From Octopus vulgaris (Eukaryota): a DNA stretch of 64,000 nt. The position numbers and the translations under genes were made by a program. Position 1 is the first letter of the stretch; each line of letters starts with the position of its first letter. Positions 1 through 12,091 of the stretch are shown here, piece after piece. Location: NCBI GenBank assembly GCA_951406725.2, contig OX597816.1, positions 130,200,001 to 130,264,000 of the forward strand, written 5' to 3'. The notes below the pieces were generated by a model. That model saw nothing but the letters and a program-made list of their open reading frames with translations. It had not been told where the DNA came from and searched no databases.

Positions 1-275
1 CATGGGTTGGACGGTTCAACTGGGGTCTGGCAAGCCCGAAGGCTGCACCAGGCCAGTCAGATCTGGCAGTGTTTCTACAGCTGGATGCCCTTCCTAACAC
101 CAACCACTCCGAGAGTGTAGTGGGTGATTTTATGTGCCACCGACACAGGTGCCAGACAAGGCTGGCAGACGGCCACGCTCGGATGGTGTTTTTTATGTGC
201 CACCGACACAGGTGCCAGACGAGGCTGGCAGACGGCCACGCTCGGATGGTGTTTTTTATGTGCCACCGACACAGG
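1..275 (-). mobile_element. 3'-end fragment of an RTE-associated repeat with an internal 63-bp tandem duplication (about 2.3 copies, 128-275)
   Basis: Reverse complement matches the 3' UTR of the RTE copy at ~10490-10620 (gaagggcatccagctgtagaaac...ccaacccatg). ATGTGCCACCGACAC recurs at 132, 195 and 258. Confidence 0.8.
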
Positions 276-3200
276 AATAATTGTTAAGCCCCAGGTCTGT
301 CTTGATTGAGAAAACCTTTGATGAAACATGTACTAGCTGTAAGCACTCCTTTTTTATATATATATCTGTGGCTACATTATCTACAATATCCTTTGAGGAA
401 GAATTGGAAACTATTCTTGGTAGGTCATGCAACCATTTGGAGCTCTCTTGTTGTTTTGACTTATTCTAGTTTTAATGAAGTAATGAAACAAAACTAACTT
501 TTTGGACCTCCAAAATTAAAACATAAGTTTCAGTACATTTTTGAATAATTAGTTTTAATGTTCTAACATATGAGATAACTTACAGTACCAGAATGATATA
601 ACTGGTTTAATATAGTTAAAACACTACAAAAATTACACTACTGAATTTATTGTAACTGTAAGCAGTGATAGGTGACTACATTTATATATTAATTGCATCA
701 GCCTTATTCTAATAGTTATTTTTCATGCTTCTATAGGTTAAGCATACAGATTTATTTTAAGAAGAAAAAGGGAGGATCATCAACAGCTTGATTTCAATCA
801 TCATAATACCAGGATTTTTTTTTATGAAACTAAATGATTTCATTATATTAAATGGATTATCCTGCATGAAGCATTCTCTTTGGATTTAATTCTCATCTAC
901 ATCTTTTGTTGCATTTAGAAATTTTTTTATGTCAAAGCTCTTAAGCTATTGAGCTAGTTTTTTCTTTAGCACTAATCATCTACTTTATCTTCTCTTAGCT
1001 ACTTACAGATGTATTTTTAACTTTGGGATCAATCAGTAGCTATTTCTAATTTACTTGTAATACTGTATTCAGAAAAAATTGTATTTAGTTTACCATCGCT
1101 AAACCTATTTATATTATTTGGGGGTATATTTTCTTCCTTATTTCTTATATACCATTCTAATTTAATCTCCCTTTTCCATTTATTCTATCTTTTGAAATTT
1201 AGTTACTTATCCACAGAATCATTTCTCTGTTTTTGCTCATCTAAGTGAAGTAATTCCACAGTAAACGATAGGGTAATTAATCATGCACTCTATGTTGAAT
1301 ACTTGATATCTGCAATATCACTGAACAGCACACTTAAACCAGTCAGAAGTATACTATGTACACTACATGCCAAAAATAAATCCCTTATTTATAAATTGTA
1401 ATTAAATTGGTTCTTTCACTCAAATTAATCAGAGATTTTCAGGACCCAGTAAAAGCTTCAAAATTGTGAAATTATATACTCGGAATAAATTTTTCAGAAT
1501 AAATGATATATAAAACTATAAATATTAATTCAAAAGGAAATGAGTTGTGTTATTTATTCTTGTTGCTTAAAACATGCTATACTTTTAAAATAGGTAATAT
1601 TTCCAAAGGTGAACTGTTACACACATACAAAAATATATGAATCTAAACACTCATGTTCATTAATTACATTGTTAGACTGAAGTCAATTAGAATTATTACC
1701 ATTACATTATCTGAAAATTGTGTTGCTAGAGTCAAGTCTTCCTTCTACTGGGCTCATGAAATAAATACCATTACTATAAAAAATAATTTCAATTGACTAT
1801 ACAATCATTCCCAAAATGGGCTTTACACCTAGTCAAATAAAAATGAATATAAGTTATGGATACTGATAATTTGCACTGCAACATAAATTTGAGTTCTCAT
1901 TTGAAACTTTTAAAAGGGAATGTTTGCAGAAGGGCATATATACCATGATTTTCCCAGTTTCCTCCTCATAATCAGGAAACATTGATGTATATTAGAAATA
2001 ATTATCATTATTTCTAGTAATAGCCTAAGATTGAGCTAGAAGATATCAAACATATTATAAGTTCAGTCTGAAAAACTCCAAGCTACTTTTCTAAATATTG
2101 TTTCACTTCACACAATTTACTGGCATTTTGCATATACATACTTCCACAAATGCTTTCTTTTTTTTAATAAACTTTCTCACATATCTTTGAACTTCAGTCA
2201 TTCCTCAAATCTTAATATTATATCACATTCTCCTTTCATACATTTCAAAGACTAGCAGTTGGGATGTTTTCAATTGTTCTTGTTTTACCCACTGAGACAG
2301 ATCAACTTTTACTGGTTATTTTCTAAAATTAAACCTGAAATCTCTCTGGTAGACTTACACATGTACTTTAACACTACAAATACAGTTTCTTTTCCTTATT
2401 CTCTAGTACAGTTTCTCTGACTTTATACCACTAATCCTTTTTGTTTTGGTGAAGTTATTGCTAAAGCTGTCAATAAATTGTTATATCATCTCTTAAAATA
2501 CTCATTTTTATTAAATATTTTACATCTAGACTACAGCAGGTGAACTGTTGTCTCATTTTCTTTCATAGTTTGAACAAATCCCAATTACATCCTTCTAAAT
2601 TTCTCACCTATTAGTAATGGGAAAAAATTTTCTGGAATTAACCATCTTCAGGGTTTTTATCTAAGCTGTTAAAACTTCACTCTGGCTAAAGCATTAGTTC
2701 TTATCTCTTTCATCATCAGCATCATGAATGAATGGCCAAGTAGATAAGATACTAAACAAACGCTTATACAAAATTTTTAGTTCATAGAGCTTTTAGTTGA
2801 TTATAATGCTTCTTGCCTAAATCTATATGATACCAAAACATAAAAGAACCTCTTCACCTAAATTCAAATATTTCAATGAATATTAAGTTGGCCAACACAT
2901 TTGTTCTATCATATCTTAATTAATGCTTCCCTCACTAACTAGATCCCTACAGATAAAATCATTTTATACTGAATCCATTTAATATTTAATAGAAGTGTTT
3001 TATTCATGACACATCTTTTGAATTGAGATAGCATTAAAAGACTAAATTTTTACACCAATTCTATCAGTATATTTTAAACATTTCACATACAAACTAGTCA
3101 TTAAATTTTAATATCTCAGTAAAAGAATTAAAAGAATAATTGTTCTTAATGAAAAAAAAAACTTTTCTCTATAACCCTCTTACAACAAATTTCCAACCAG

Positions 3201-3776
3201 AAAACTCATTATTTTATAACTGTTCAACATAATGTGAAACTTATTGCACAAAGTTTGCAAAATTTTATCTTCAATAAGACATTTTACTGATCGTCAACTA
3301 AAAAATTAGATATCAAAGATCAGTGCAAGTCATTGGCTGAGTAACAGATTTAAGAAAATATCTAACAAAACAGATTCTCAGTGTTTTGAGTTAAAAAACC
3401 AGCAATGTTACTTTACTGCTACCGTTCATTTAAATACCAGAGTAGATGACAGTTATACTTAAATTAAACCTAGAGATTTCTAAAACTGAAGATGATTGGC
3501 AATAAGCCTATATGTTGCCTGAAACTTTGACTGAAAAAGGTGATAGTGAATGTATAGAGTGTACTTTGGATAACAGTGAAGCATTTTGGGACATTATGAA
3601 GAAGAAAATGTTTACAATCCACAATAATAATCTAAATGGATAAAAGGTGCAGCAGGAAATGTGTTTCTAAAATACACTAGATATGATTATATTCTAATGC
3701 AGGGATGTTATGAATAGTAGTAGTTGGAGTGCAGACACTAAGGCTTCTACAGACAAAACACATGTGTGGCACATGC

Positions 3777-3857
3777 CGTTTGGAGACACAGTCCTAGCCC
3801 ATCGCCCAGCATGTCTGTTGCATGGGATATATCCTTCGCCTGGATGACCTGGCAATC
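3777..3857 (-). CDS. AP1G1: Candidate 81-nt cassette exon in the intron after ...NEKNHG (GLPGHPGEGYIPCNRHAGRWARTVSPN)
   Basis: GC-rich island in an AT-rich intron, not matching repeats seen elsewhere in the window. Strong acceptor tgctttctttttccAG, putative GC donor ACG|GCATGT. Length is a multiple of 3 and it is open in the phase-1 frame. Confidence 0.45.
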
Positions 3858-6157
3858 CTGGAAAAAGAAAGCATACGTGCCATTTCAAAAATTGGCTAAT
3901 GTTTCATTTAGCCAAGGCACAAACGGACTGTTTTTTTTTTTCAATAAACAAGTATATGAGGAAAAATTAACAACCTATTTAAAAAGCAACTTATTTTGTT
4001 CCAGTTGCCTTTCCTGTCTACAAATGGTTAAATAATAATGTTTCAAATGGTTAATGTTCTTTGATTGAGTACTTTTCTTTCAAAATCTGCAAGACTGCTG
4101 TTTATACATAGTAAAAAGAATTTAGCTTAAACTTCTGGTTAGAACAGATATGTAAAAATGAAATTTATGATAGCCATTGAAGTATGTAAATGCTATGCTA
4201 TGACAACATTAATGAACTCAGTGATTGTCTAAGAAGTTTTCTATTTGATTCCTTATTGATTTCTAACTTTAGTACAAAAATGCACATTTTGGAAAAGGGT
4301 GCAGTTGATAGAATTGCCTTAAATACTCAACTGGTACTTATTTTGTTGACCTCAAAATGATAATGTGAATACAACTAGACACACAAAAATATTTAGTCTG
4401 GCACTATCATTACTGTCACTCTATTTCCCTACACTTAGCTATCTACTAAATATAATTTAATTATAACAAAAACTAAACTATTTTTGTATAACAGCAATGA
4501 TTCCATTATATCTAGGCACTTAATAAAAATATACTTTTCAAAATATTTGAAATGTTTTCAAAACATTTTCTCCTGTGAATAGTATAATTTAGGTGACAAA
4601 CGGGCAAAAACAATGGATTATATTGTTTACTCTACATTTTTAAATATGCAAACAAAGAAATCTGATCGCCAAATTATTTAGAAATTAAGCACAACACTAT
4701 AAATATATAATTAGACATTTGAGTTAAATAATTCAGATTATTTTGTATGACAATCTGATCCAATGTTTAGATCCTTTGATTAATAAGTAAACTTATCATT
4801 TATAAAAGCTAATTCTTTTAAAAATATGCAGAATCCTAATTTTCAAAAGAAAAAAAAAATTCAGTAATAAAATTAGTTCAAACTTTAATACTCAGGCAGT
4901 TAGCTCTACAAATATTATCAGCTCTGCAACAGATTAACTATAATCCAACAGCAAATTGTTATAAGAGAACCTATTATCTTTTATTAAGAATAATATTACA
5001 CATAAATTAGCTATCATCATAACTGTAAAGTTCAATGTTTGCCTTAAAATATAGCAACTTGCAACATTTTGATACAGCAACTACAAAGTAATCCTTTCCT
5101 GCTGTTAAGCCAAGCTTAAACAAGCACTGAGAGCACCTTTATAAATAAATGACTTCAAATAGCAAATCAAAAAGCAAATCTCAAATGTTGAAAGGAAATT
5201 CTGTGTAATGTTTATCAGAAAGGAAAATACTATTTATTTTTTAAAGAATAGATTCAATTACTCTTGTTTTATCTTTCCACAAAGCAACTGAAGGCACACA
5301 TGATGTCAGTAATCCTTTTTTTATGTCTTTTATCAGCAGGTTTTGGAAAATCAGGAAGTGACAGTTGTAGTTGTGGCAATCTGCCTGAATTTTACGAAGC
5401 TATATTAAAAACTAATAACTTTTATTTTTAGTAATTATTTGCTACCATAAAATAGTATATTATGTAAAGCAAATGTTTTCCTAATTTAACAGGAGTTCTA
5501 ATCAACTCTCTGCACAGTCCAGTAACTGTTACAAAGTGAATCACTCACAACAATCTGTTTGGGTGGTGTGATGGCAATGTGCATATTCATTGAGCCTATC
5601 ATGTATTAATATCATTGATATTGAATCAGCATTCAGTTTTTGGTATGGGTAAACATTTATTACTTAAGTCTTATCCAATTCAACAAGGGGAAAAAAGTCA
5701 ATATAGTTTTAAAATTTTCTTTAAGAACAAAAGTAAAGCTGAGACAGAGGAAGTATTTGTATAACAAAGCAGTCTAAATTACTTAGAAGAATTTGTAAAT
5801 TCAGATAGAATTAAACAAGCAAGAACGAAAGTTGAGGCAAAATTATATGATAGAATTTTGTTGAAAACTAAGTTAATTGAGAGCAATTAATCAAGATTAT
5901 CATGGATATTTTGGTATTAGTATAAAAATAAATTATATCAGTTGAAATATCTAAAATTAGAGAAATTAGGAGATATTTTAGTTGATCTTTGTATATATAC
6001 TTCTTTTTGTGAGTAACACTTTAGCATTTGAAGCTGTTGAATATGTTTCACTTAATAAGATTTACTTCCTAAATCATTTGACAAGAACTGGAGTAATTTT
6101 AAAGAATTATCTTAACAGACAATTACATTAGCATTTATATTAAGGAACGTCTATTAT

Positions 6158-6542
6158 AGGTACGGATATAGTTGTGAGGTTGAGAAGCTTGCTTTCTGAC
6201 CAGGTGGTCTTAAAGTTCAGTTATACTGCATGGCACCTTGGACAGGTGTCATTAACCATAGCCCCAGGCCAACTAAAGCCTTGTGAATGGATTTGTAGAT
6301 AGAAACTGAAAGAAGCCTGTCATGTATATATGTATGCATTTATATACCCATGTCTTGAATCACATGATGGCTGTAAATGAACAGCCTTATTATACAAGTA
6401 ATGTCATTCATTTCCAGTTTTCTGTGAATAATATGGTTGGTCATGAGAAATATTTCTTGTTTGGAAACAAGTGAAGGTTGGTGATAGGAAAGGCATCTGC
6501 TTGTAGAAAATTTGCTTCAATAAATTCTGTCTGACTCATGAT
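6158..6542 (+). mobile_element. tRNA-derived SINE, decayed (local family B head)
   Basis: Shares gcatggcaccttg..caagtgtc...aaagccttgtga.tggattt..tagatagaaactgaaagaagcc with the copies at 29870, 44262 and 52076. Confidence 0.75.
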
Positions 6543-6648
6543 GTATATAATCTGTTATTACATATAAACATGAATTCTTAAAGTACTTCTCAATTTCTAT
6601 ATAATCTTTTTTATTATGTAGAAAGATACAATTGCATTTAATTAACCA

Positions 6649-6876
6649 TTAACTCTTTAGCATTCAGATTACTCTGTCAAATGTAATGCTTATTTATTCA
6701 CATTGTTTTGAATTAATTGGGCCTTATCTCATAGCTTCAAGATATTAATGATGTGATTGTTTATTTTTCAACTGTCATTGTACAGTATATGTGAGAAGCC
6801 AGATCTGTCTGGTCTGAACATAAAGCAGGTAGAATATTTGGGCTGGATATGACCAGTTTAAATACTAAAGGGTTAA
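6649..6876 (+). mobile_element. piggyBac-like MITE (~220 bp)
   Basis: TTAA-ctctttagcatt ... aatactaaaggg-TTAA: short terminal inverted repeats flanked by TTAA. Same family at 35778, 41049 and 41655. Confidence 0.75.
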
Positions 6877-9068
6877 GGTATCATAGTTGTAATTATTATT
6901 AGCATAAAGCCATCAGTATATTGTTGATAATTATTTTATAATAAATGGGTGGATGCGATGAGCAAAGTCAGTCCCAGAAAGAGTTGCACAAAGCAATGAG
7001 GTACTTTTGCTTTGCATACAAATCCATATAACTTATGAAAAAGATTTAATATATCATTCGAATATGAATCTGTCCATACACTAAACTAAAATTTATAATA
7101 TAAAGAGTTATTTTTTTAATGAATCAGTTAGAAAAGAAAGGAAAGCCCCTATGAGTGGTAGAAGAGAATGGAGAAGTTATCCTTAGATCAGAGACCTTGC
7201 TTGAATGCTTGCAACAGACTCAGCTAAAGGTACCCAAGTGCCAGAAAGTAATGTAAAATCAGGTTACAGATTAAGTCCACAACCTAAGATTAGGAATGAT
7301 TCCTTAAATGGTCTTTCTTACAGTTTCCATCTACCAAATTTCTTAACTTAGAAGGCTTTGGTGAACCCAAGATAGAAGACCCTTACTTTGGAAGCAAACT
7401 TCTCAACCATGCAGCCATGCTTGTGCCTATTTTTCTACTAGTTATTACCAAAGTCTTTTCAGAATTTAAGATTACAGATACCAATGAATGGGACTGTGGA
7501 ACAAGAAGTTAAAAGCATTGAAATCCTATGTTAGGGATAAAAATACTGAATTTAAACTCAACCTATGATTATATGTATATAAAGGTAGGGAACTGTAAAA
7601 TGATTGAGGATTACTAGATGTTTATTTTTAAAAAAATACTGTAGAATACAGAAATATAAATGCAAGCAATGAAGTTAATCATATGGAGATCTCAAATGAA
7701 GGTTAAGACAATGTTTTTAAATCAAAGGTATATATGTGAAAGATAAAAGCTAAAAATATCTATGGTAATCATACAAAAAACAGATTCTCTTTTTGAAGTA
7801 TATAACTGACCTAGAAAACTGTCAACTAAATTTTATCAGCAATAAGACAGGCCTACTGTAGATGATAGTTTTAACAAATTCCAGACTGATGAAAGAATGA
7901 TTTCAGTAACTTTTCTTATCCACACAAAAAGAAAGAAACAAAGAAACAAGCAAAAAAACTGACAAAGTTTTTAGTTCAACTATGAAATATTTTACTTGTC
8001 CTCTCATATAATGTGAGTACAGTACTTAAGTGAAAATTTAACTGAACAGTAATGTTTATTAAAAACTAAAACAAGAAGGTGAATAGCTAATAGCAGTGTC
8101 AAGGCTAGTTGACAATATATTTCTTTAACCACAATTAGTAACAGACATGATGTGTGTGTGTGTGTGTGAAAGTGAATCAAATGTTGATTGTGTCAAAAGA
8201 GAACAATGCACTGACAGAATAATTAACTATGAACAAAATCATAGGTGTGCTTGGTTGAGTGAGCAACAATTATATACTTATATTGTATTATTTCTCATTA
8301 CAACTCCCTTACCTGTTGATGGTTTGACTGAAGAAAAATGATCACCTACATATCATAAAAAACCAAGGTAGATAACACCAATTGTTAGAAGAACATAGTC
8401 ATATTCAAAAGGTGTAACTTGGGAAATTCTTTAGTAAAACAGAACAGAACATTAATTTACATACAACAACCCAAAGACTAACAAATGAAATTTTAAAGAA
8501 CACACTGCAAAAAAAATTTGCAAACACATTTTGTGAGTGCTGTGTTTGTACATCTGAAACTAAACCCACATATGCAAGTGTCACCTTGATTTCAATATTT
8601 TAAACTTTAGATTTTATATTGTTTTATAGTAGTCACAGCATACTAAGGAAGTTAATAACTAAAGAAGTGAATAAAGCAACATGATATGAAGATTAGTGTT
8701 TTTATTGTCACATCCAAATCATCATGAAGCAAAAGGAAATTCATAAATCGACTGGTAAGTAATAAATATTTAGTCACATCCCACCTTTAGCCTAGTTTCC
8801 TTAATAGAGAAATTTACAGTTAGTGAACATAATCTTAATTATGGCTGTGTTTCTTTTACTTTAAAAACAACAACAATATCCTGAATTAAGTAACATAATA
8901 TTTTAGCATATCTCCAACACATGCAGATGAATATCTGAAATATCATTTCATTCATTCTAATAAGCACATATTGTTCTCATTATCACTCTCACAGATACAT
9001 AAATAATTAACACAATTAAATGTAAAGTGCTTCTGGGCTAAGAGTATGCATTTTAGAAAGCAACTTAC

Positions 9069-9165
9069 CATGGTTTTTTTCATTGAGCAAAGACCTAGTT
9101 GCTGGAATGAACATTTCCATAAGATCTGGTACTTTTCTGATTATGCGAAAAGCACACAGAGTAGC
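9069..9165 (-). CDS. AP1G1: AP1G1 coding exon ([33 protein letters not shown])
   Basis: Matches gamma-adaptin [21 protein letters not shown]. Acceptor ttgtttttacAG, donor G|GTAAGT. 97 nt, phase 0 to 1. The gene continues beyond position 1. Confidence 0.97.
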
Positions 9166-9447
9166 CTGTAAAAACAATATTGCTGTATTAGGTAATTTCA
9201 AAAGGTTTCATTATTATAAAACAATGGCAGCTTGGATAAATTAATAAAAACAAATACATATAAAGAGAAATTTAACACCAAAAGATGAAGTGGCAGAGTC
9301 ATACTTTAGGTGGTAATTAAAAATAATTATGCCAATATCAACACAATTTAACATTTGATATTAATTTTTGAGCAGTATTATATTAAGTAAATGTGTGAAA
9401 TTTGCGTGAATTAGAAAACAGTGGTGATTGATATTTTGTAGGACAGT

Positions 9448-10650
9448 TTGATCTGTAGAAAAGGCGTGGGTAGAAACTCCATAAGATGTACCGAGGGTAA
9501 GCTATGGATGCATAAGAGGTGCAGCAACATCAAAGGAAGGTTAACTGGGATGATAGCTTTTGTGTGAAGCAGATGCACAGAGGCAATAAACACTGCAGAT
9601 ACTCAGAAAACGGATTCCATCACATGCCAGGGTGAGAAACTAGAAGTAGCTGATAGCTTCTGCTACATAGGTGACCAAGTCTATAGTGGGGGGGGGGGTG
9701 ATGCTCGGAGAGCATTGCCACTAGAATAAGAATAGCTTGGGCAAAGTTCAGAAAGCTCCTACCTCTACTGGTGACAAAGGGCCTCTCACTCAGAATGAAA
9801 GGTAGACTGCATGATGCATGTATGCGAACTGCCATGCTACACAGTAATGAAACATGAGCTGTGACTGCTGAAGATATGCGTAAGCTTGAAAGAAATGAAG
9901 CTGGTATGATCCACTGGATGTGTAATGTCAGTGTGCACACACAACAGAGTGTAAGCACCCTGAGAGAAATGTTGGACATAAAAAGCATCAGATGTGGTGT
10001 GCAAGAGAGACGACTGCACTGGCATGGTCATGTGCTGCATATGGATGAGGAGAGCTGTGTGAAGAAGTGTCGCTATTTAACAATGGAAAGAACCCATGGT
10101 AGAGGGAGACCCAGGATGACATAGAATGAGGTGGTGAAGCATGACCTTCAAACATTGGGCCTCACAGAGGCGATGTCAAGAGACTGAGATCTCTAGAGAT
10201 ATGGTGTGATTAAGAAGACCTGGCAATTAAAGTGAGAAATTGTAGTGGTGACCGTTGCCAGTGCTGCCTAACTGGCTCTCGTACTGGTGGCACACAATAA
10301 GCACCATTCATACATAGGTCATTGCCAGTGCTGCTTGACTGGGTCCCCGTTCCGGTGGCACATAAAAAGCATCATCCAAACATGGTTGATCCCGCCCCCC
10401 ATCCTGTGCTGGTAGCATGTAAAAGGCATCCTCCGAACATGGCTGATGCCAGTGCCGCCTGACTTGCTCCTGTGCCGGTGGCATGTAAAAAGTACCCACT
10501 ACACTCTCGGAGTGGTTTGCGTTAAGAAGGGCATCCAGCTGTAGAAACATTGATTAGAGCCTGGTGTGACCTCCTGGCGTGCCAGTCCGCAGTCAAACCA
10601 TCCAACCCATGCCAGCATGGAAAACAAGTGTTAAACGATGATGATGAATA
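9448..10650 (+). mobile_element. 5'-truncated RTE-clade LINE (C-terminal ORF region plus 3' UTR), decayed
   Basis: Translates as ICRKGVGRNSIRC..KLWMHKRC...GEKLEVADSFCYIGDQ...RIRIAWAKFRKLLPLL...QERRLHWHGHV...GRGRPR, with stops and frameshifts. Ends in a (GAT)n-like tail at ~10637-10647. Confidence 0.9.
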
Positions 10651-11275
10651 AAGAAGTGATGATCACTTAAAGTGGATGAAAGTTGTGGAAGAGGGAGACC
10701 TGGGAAGACATGGGATGAAGTACTGAAGGTTGATCTCAAAACATCGAGCCTTATGAAGGAGATGACAAAGGGCTGAGATATGTGGCACATTGCTGTACTC
10801 AAGAAGACGCACCCACCACAACAGAATTGATATTCTAAAACCACCTTGATAACGTTTGTCCATGAGGGGATCTGCCCTTTCAACATTCTCACCCACTCAC
10901 ATTTCATCCCCTAACACCCAAACAGCACTGGTACTGGTGCCATGTAAAAAGCATTAGTGCTGGTATCACATAAAAATCACTTGTTCCACGTAAAAAACAC
11001 TGGTGCTGGTGTCACGTAAAAGGCACTGGTGTCGGTGCCACGCAAAAGGCACTGGTGCTGGTGCCACAGCCATGTAAAAAGCACTGGTGCCGGTGCCATG
11101 TAAAAAGCACTGGTGCCAGTGCCATGTAAAAAGCACCCAATACACCCTGTAAAGTGGTTGGCCTTAGGAAGGGCATCCAGCTGTAGAAACCAAGCTAATA
11201 CAGACTATGGAAGCTGGTCCAGTTCCTGTCAAATTGTCCAACCTATGCCAACATGGAAAATGGACATTAAATGAA
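10651..11275 (+). mobile_element. Second RTE 3'-end fragment directly downstream of the first
   Basis: GRGRPGKTWDEVLKVDLK..L.KEMTK-like translation, followed by the same 3' UTR motif (ggaagggcatccagctgtagaaac...catggaaaatggacattaaa). Confidence 0.8.
10923..11135 (+). repeat. ~26-28-bp minisatellite (aaaagcactggtgctggtgccatgta) inside the RTE 3' UTR
   Basis: About 7 degenerate head-to-tail copies visible directly. Confidence 0.85.
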
Positions 11276-11277
11276 GC

Positions 11278-11465
11278 TATAAGCCTTCACCATATATTGG
11301 TTATAGGAAATAGTCTAATATCAGGGTATATAAGTCCCTATAATAGGAAATAATAAGCATTAGTGCATTAGTACACATGCTAATGCCCATTTTTTTCTGT
11401 TACATGGGATTATAAGTCCTAATATTAGATTATTTTCTATAGTCAATATACAGTGAAGGATTATA
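11278..11465. mobile_element. Fold-back (palindromic) MITE-like element, ~188 bp
   Basis: Left arm tataagccttcac-catatattggttataggaaatagtctaatatcagg...gcattag is an imperfect reverse complement of right arm ctaatgc...cctaatattagattattttctatagtcaatata-cagtgaaggattata. Confidence 0.75.
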
Positions 11466-11949
11466 ATTCCATTTATAGTATTATAATTATTTGATTAAGC
11501 ACAAAGCGAGTTATGTAAATTTCCCACATGTGACTGATTAAGAATCACCTATACAAGAGATGGCAGGAATAGTCAATCAATAACTGGGTTAACTGTGAAT
11601 GTGGCTGATTAAATCTTATGTAACTGAAGTGTTTTGAAAAAAAAGGATGATTTGCAAGATGAGGACAAGCCAATTTACAGACATACGAACAGTCAAATTT
11701 GCCATTATTTAGAGTGATTTTAAGTTTTACTACCATTAAAGTTTAGGAGTCAATCTCACTGATGAATAATACACAAATATGTATGAAATCCAAGACAAAA
11801 TTAGTTATTTTCAAGCATGGAATAACAGGTTGAACTTTCTTTTGTTGCCGAGTTACTCCAACAGACAGAGAATATAAAAACATCTAAAAGAGCAAATAAA
11901 AAGTTCATCTTCCTAATTTAAAAGATTTTTTAATAAAGATTTTATTTAC

Positions 11950-12091
11950 CTTTTTCTTTATGTAAGCATTTGAAGACTTTAATAATTTTTCTACCTCTCC
12001 TGCTAAATCTCGGCTCATTTCTGTTGAGCATACAGAGCCTAAAGTACACAATGCCAAGCTTTGTATATATTGATTCTGATGGGTAAGATCA
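11950..12091 (-). CDS. AP1G1: AP1G1 coding exon ([47 protein letters not shown])
   Basis: Matches gamma-adaptin [22 protein letters not shown]. Acceptor ctttttctttccAG, donor AAG|GTAAAT. 142 nt, phase 2 to 0. Confidence 0.97.

Noticed and set aside
128-275. 63-bp repeats resembling a CRISPR array, and the repetitive ORFs over them
   Set aside because: The spacers are near-identical (simple tandem duplication), lie inside an RTE-associated repeat, and the context is eukaryotic with no cas genes.
1-9068. Search for the next constitutive AP1G1 exon (GVL.T...LITEMCE.SPD...FRK) and an intronic C/D snoRNA like vertebrate SNORD71
   Set aside because: No matching translation or convincing box C/D pair with a terminal stem found by eye; the exon probably lies outside the window.
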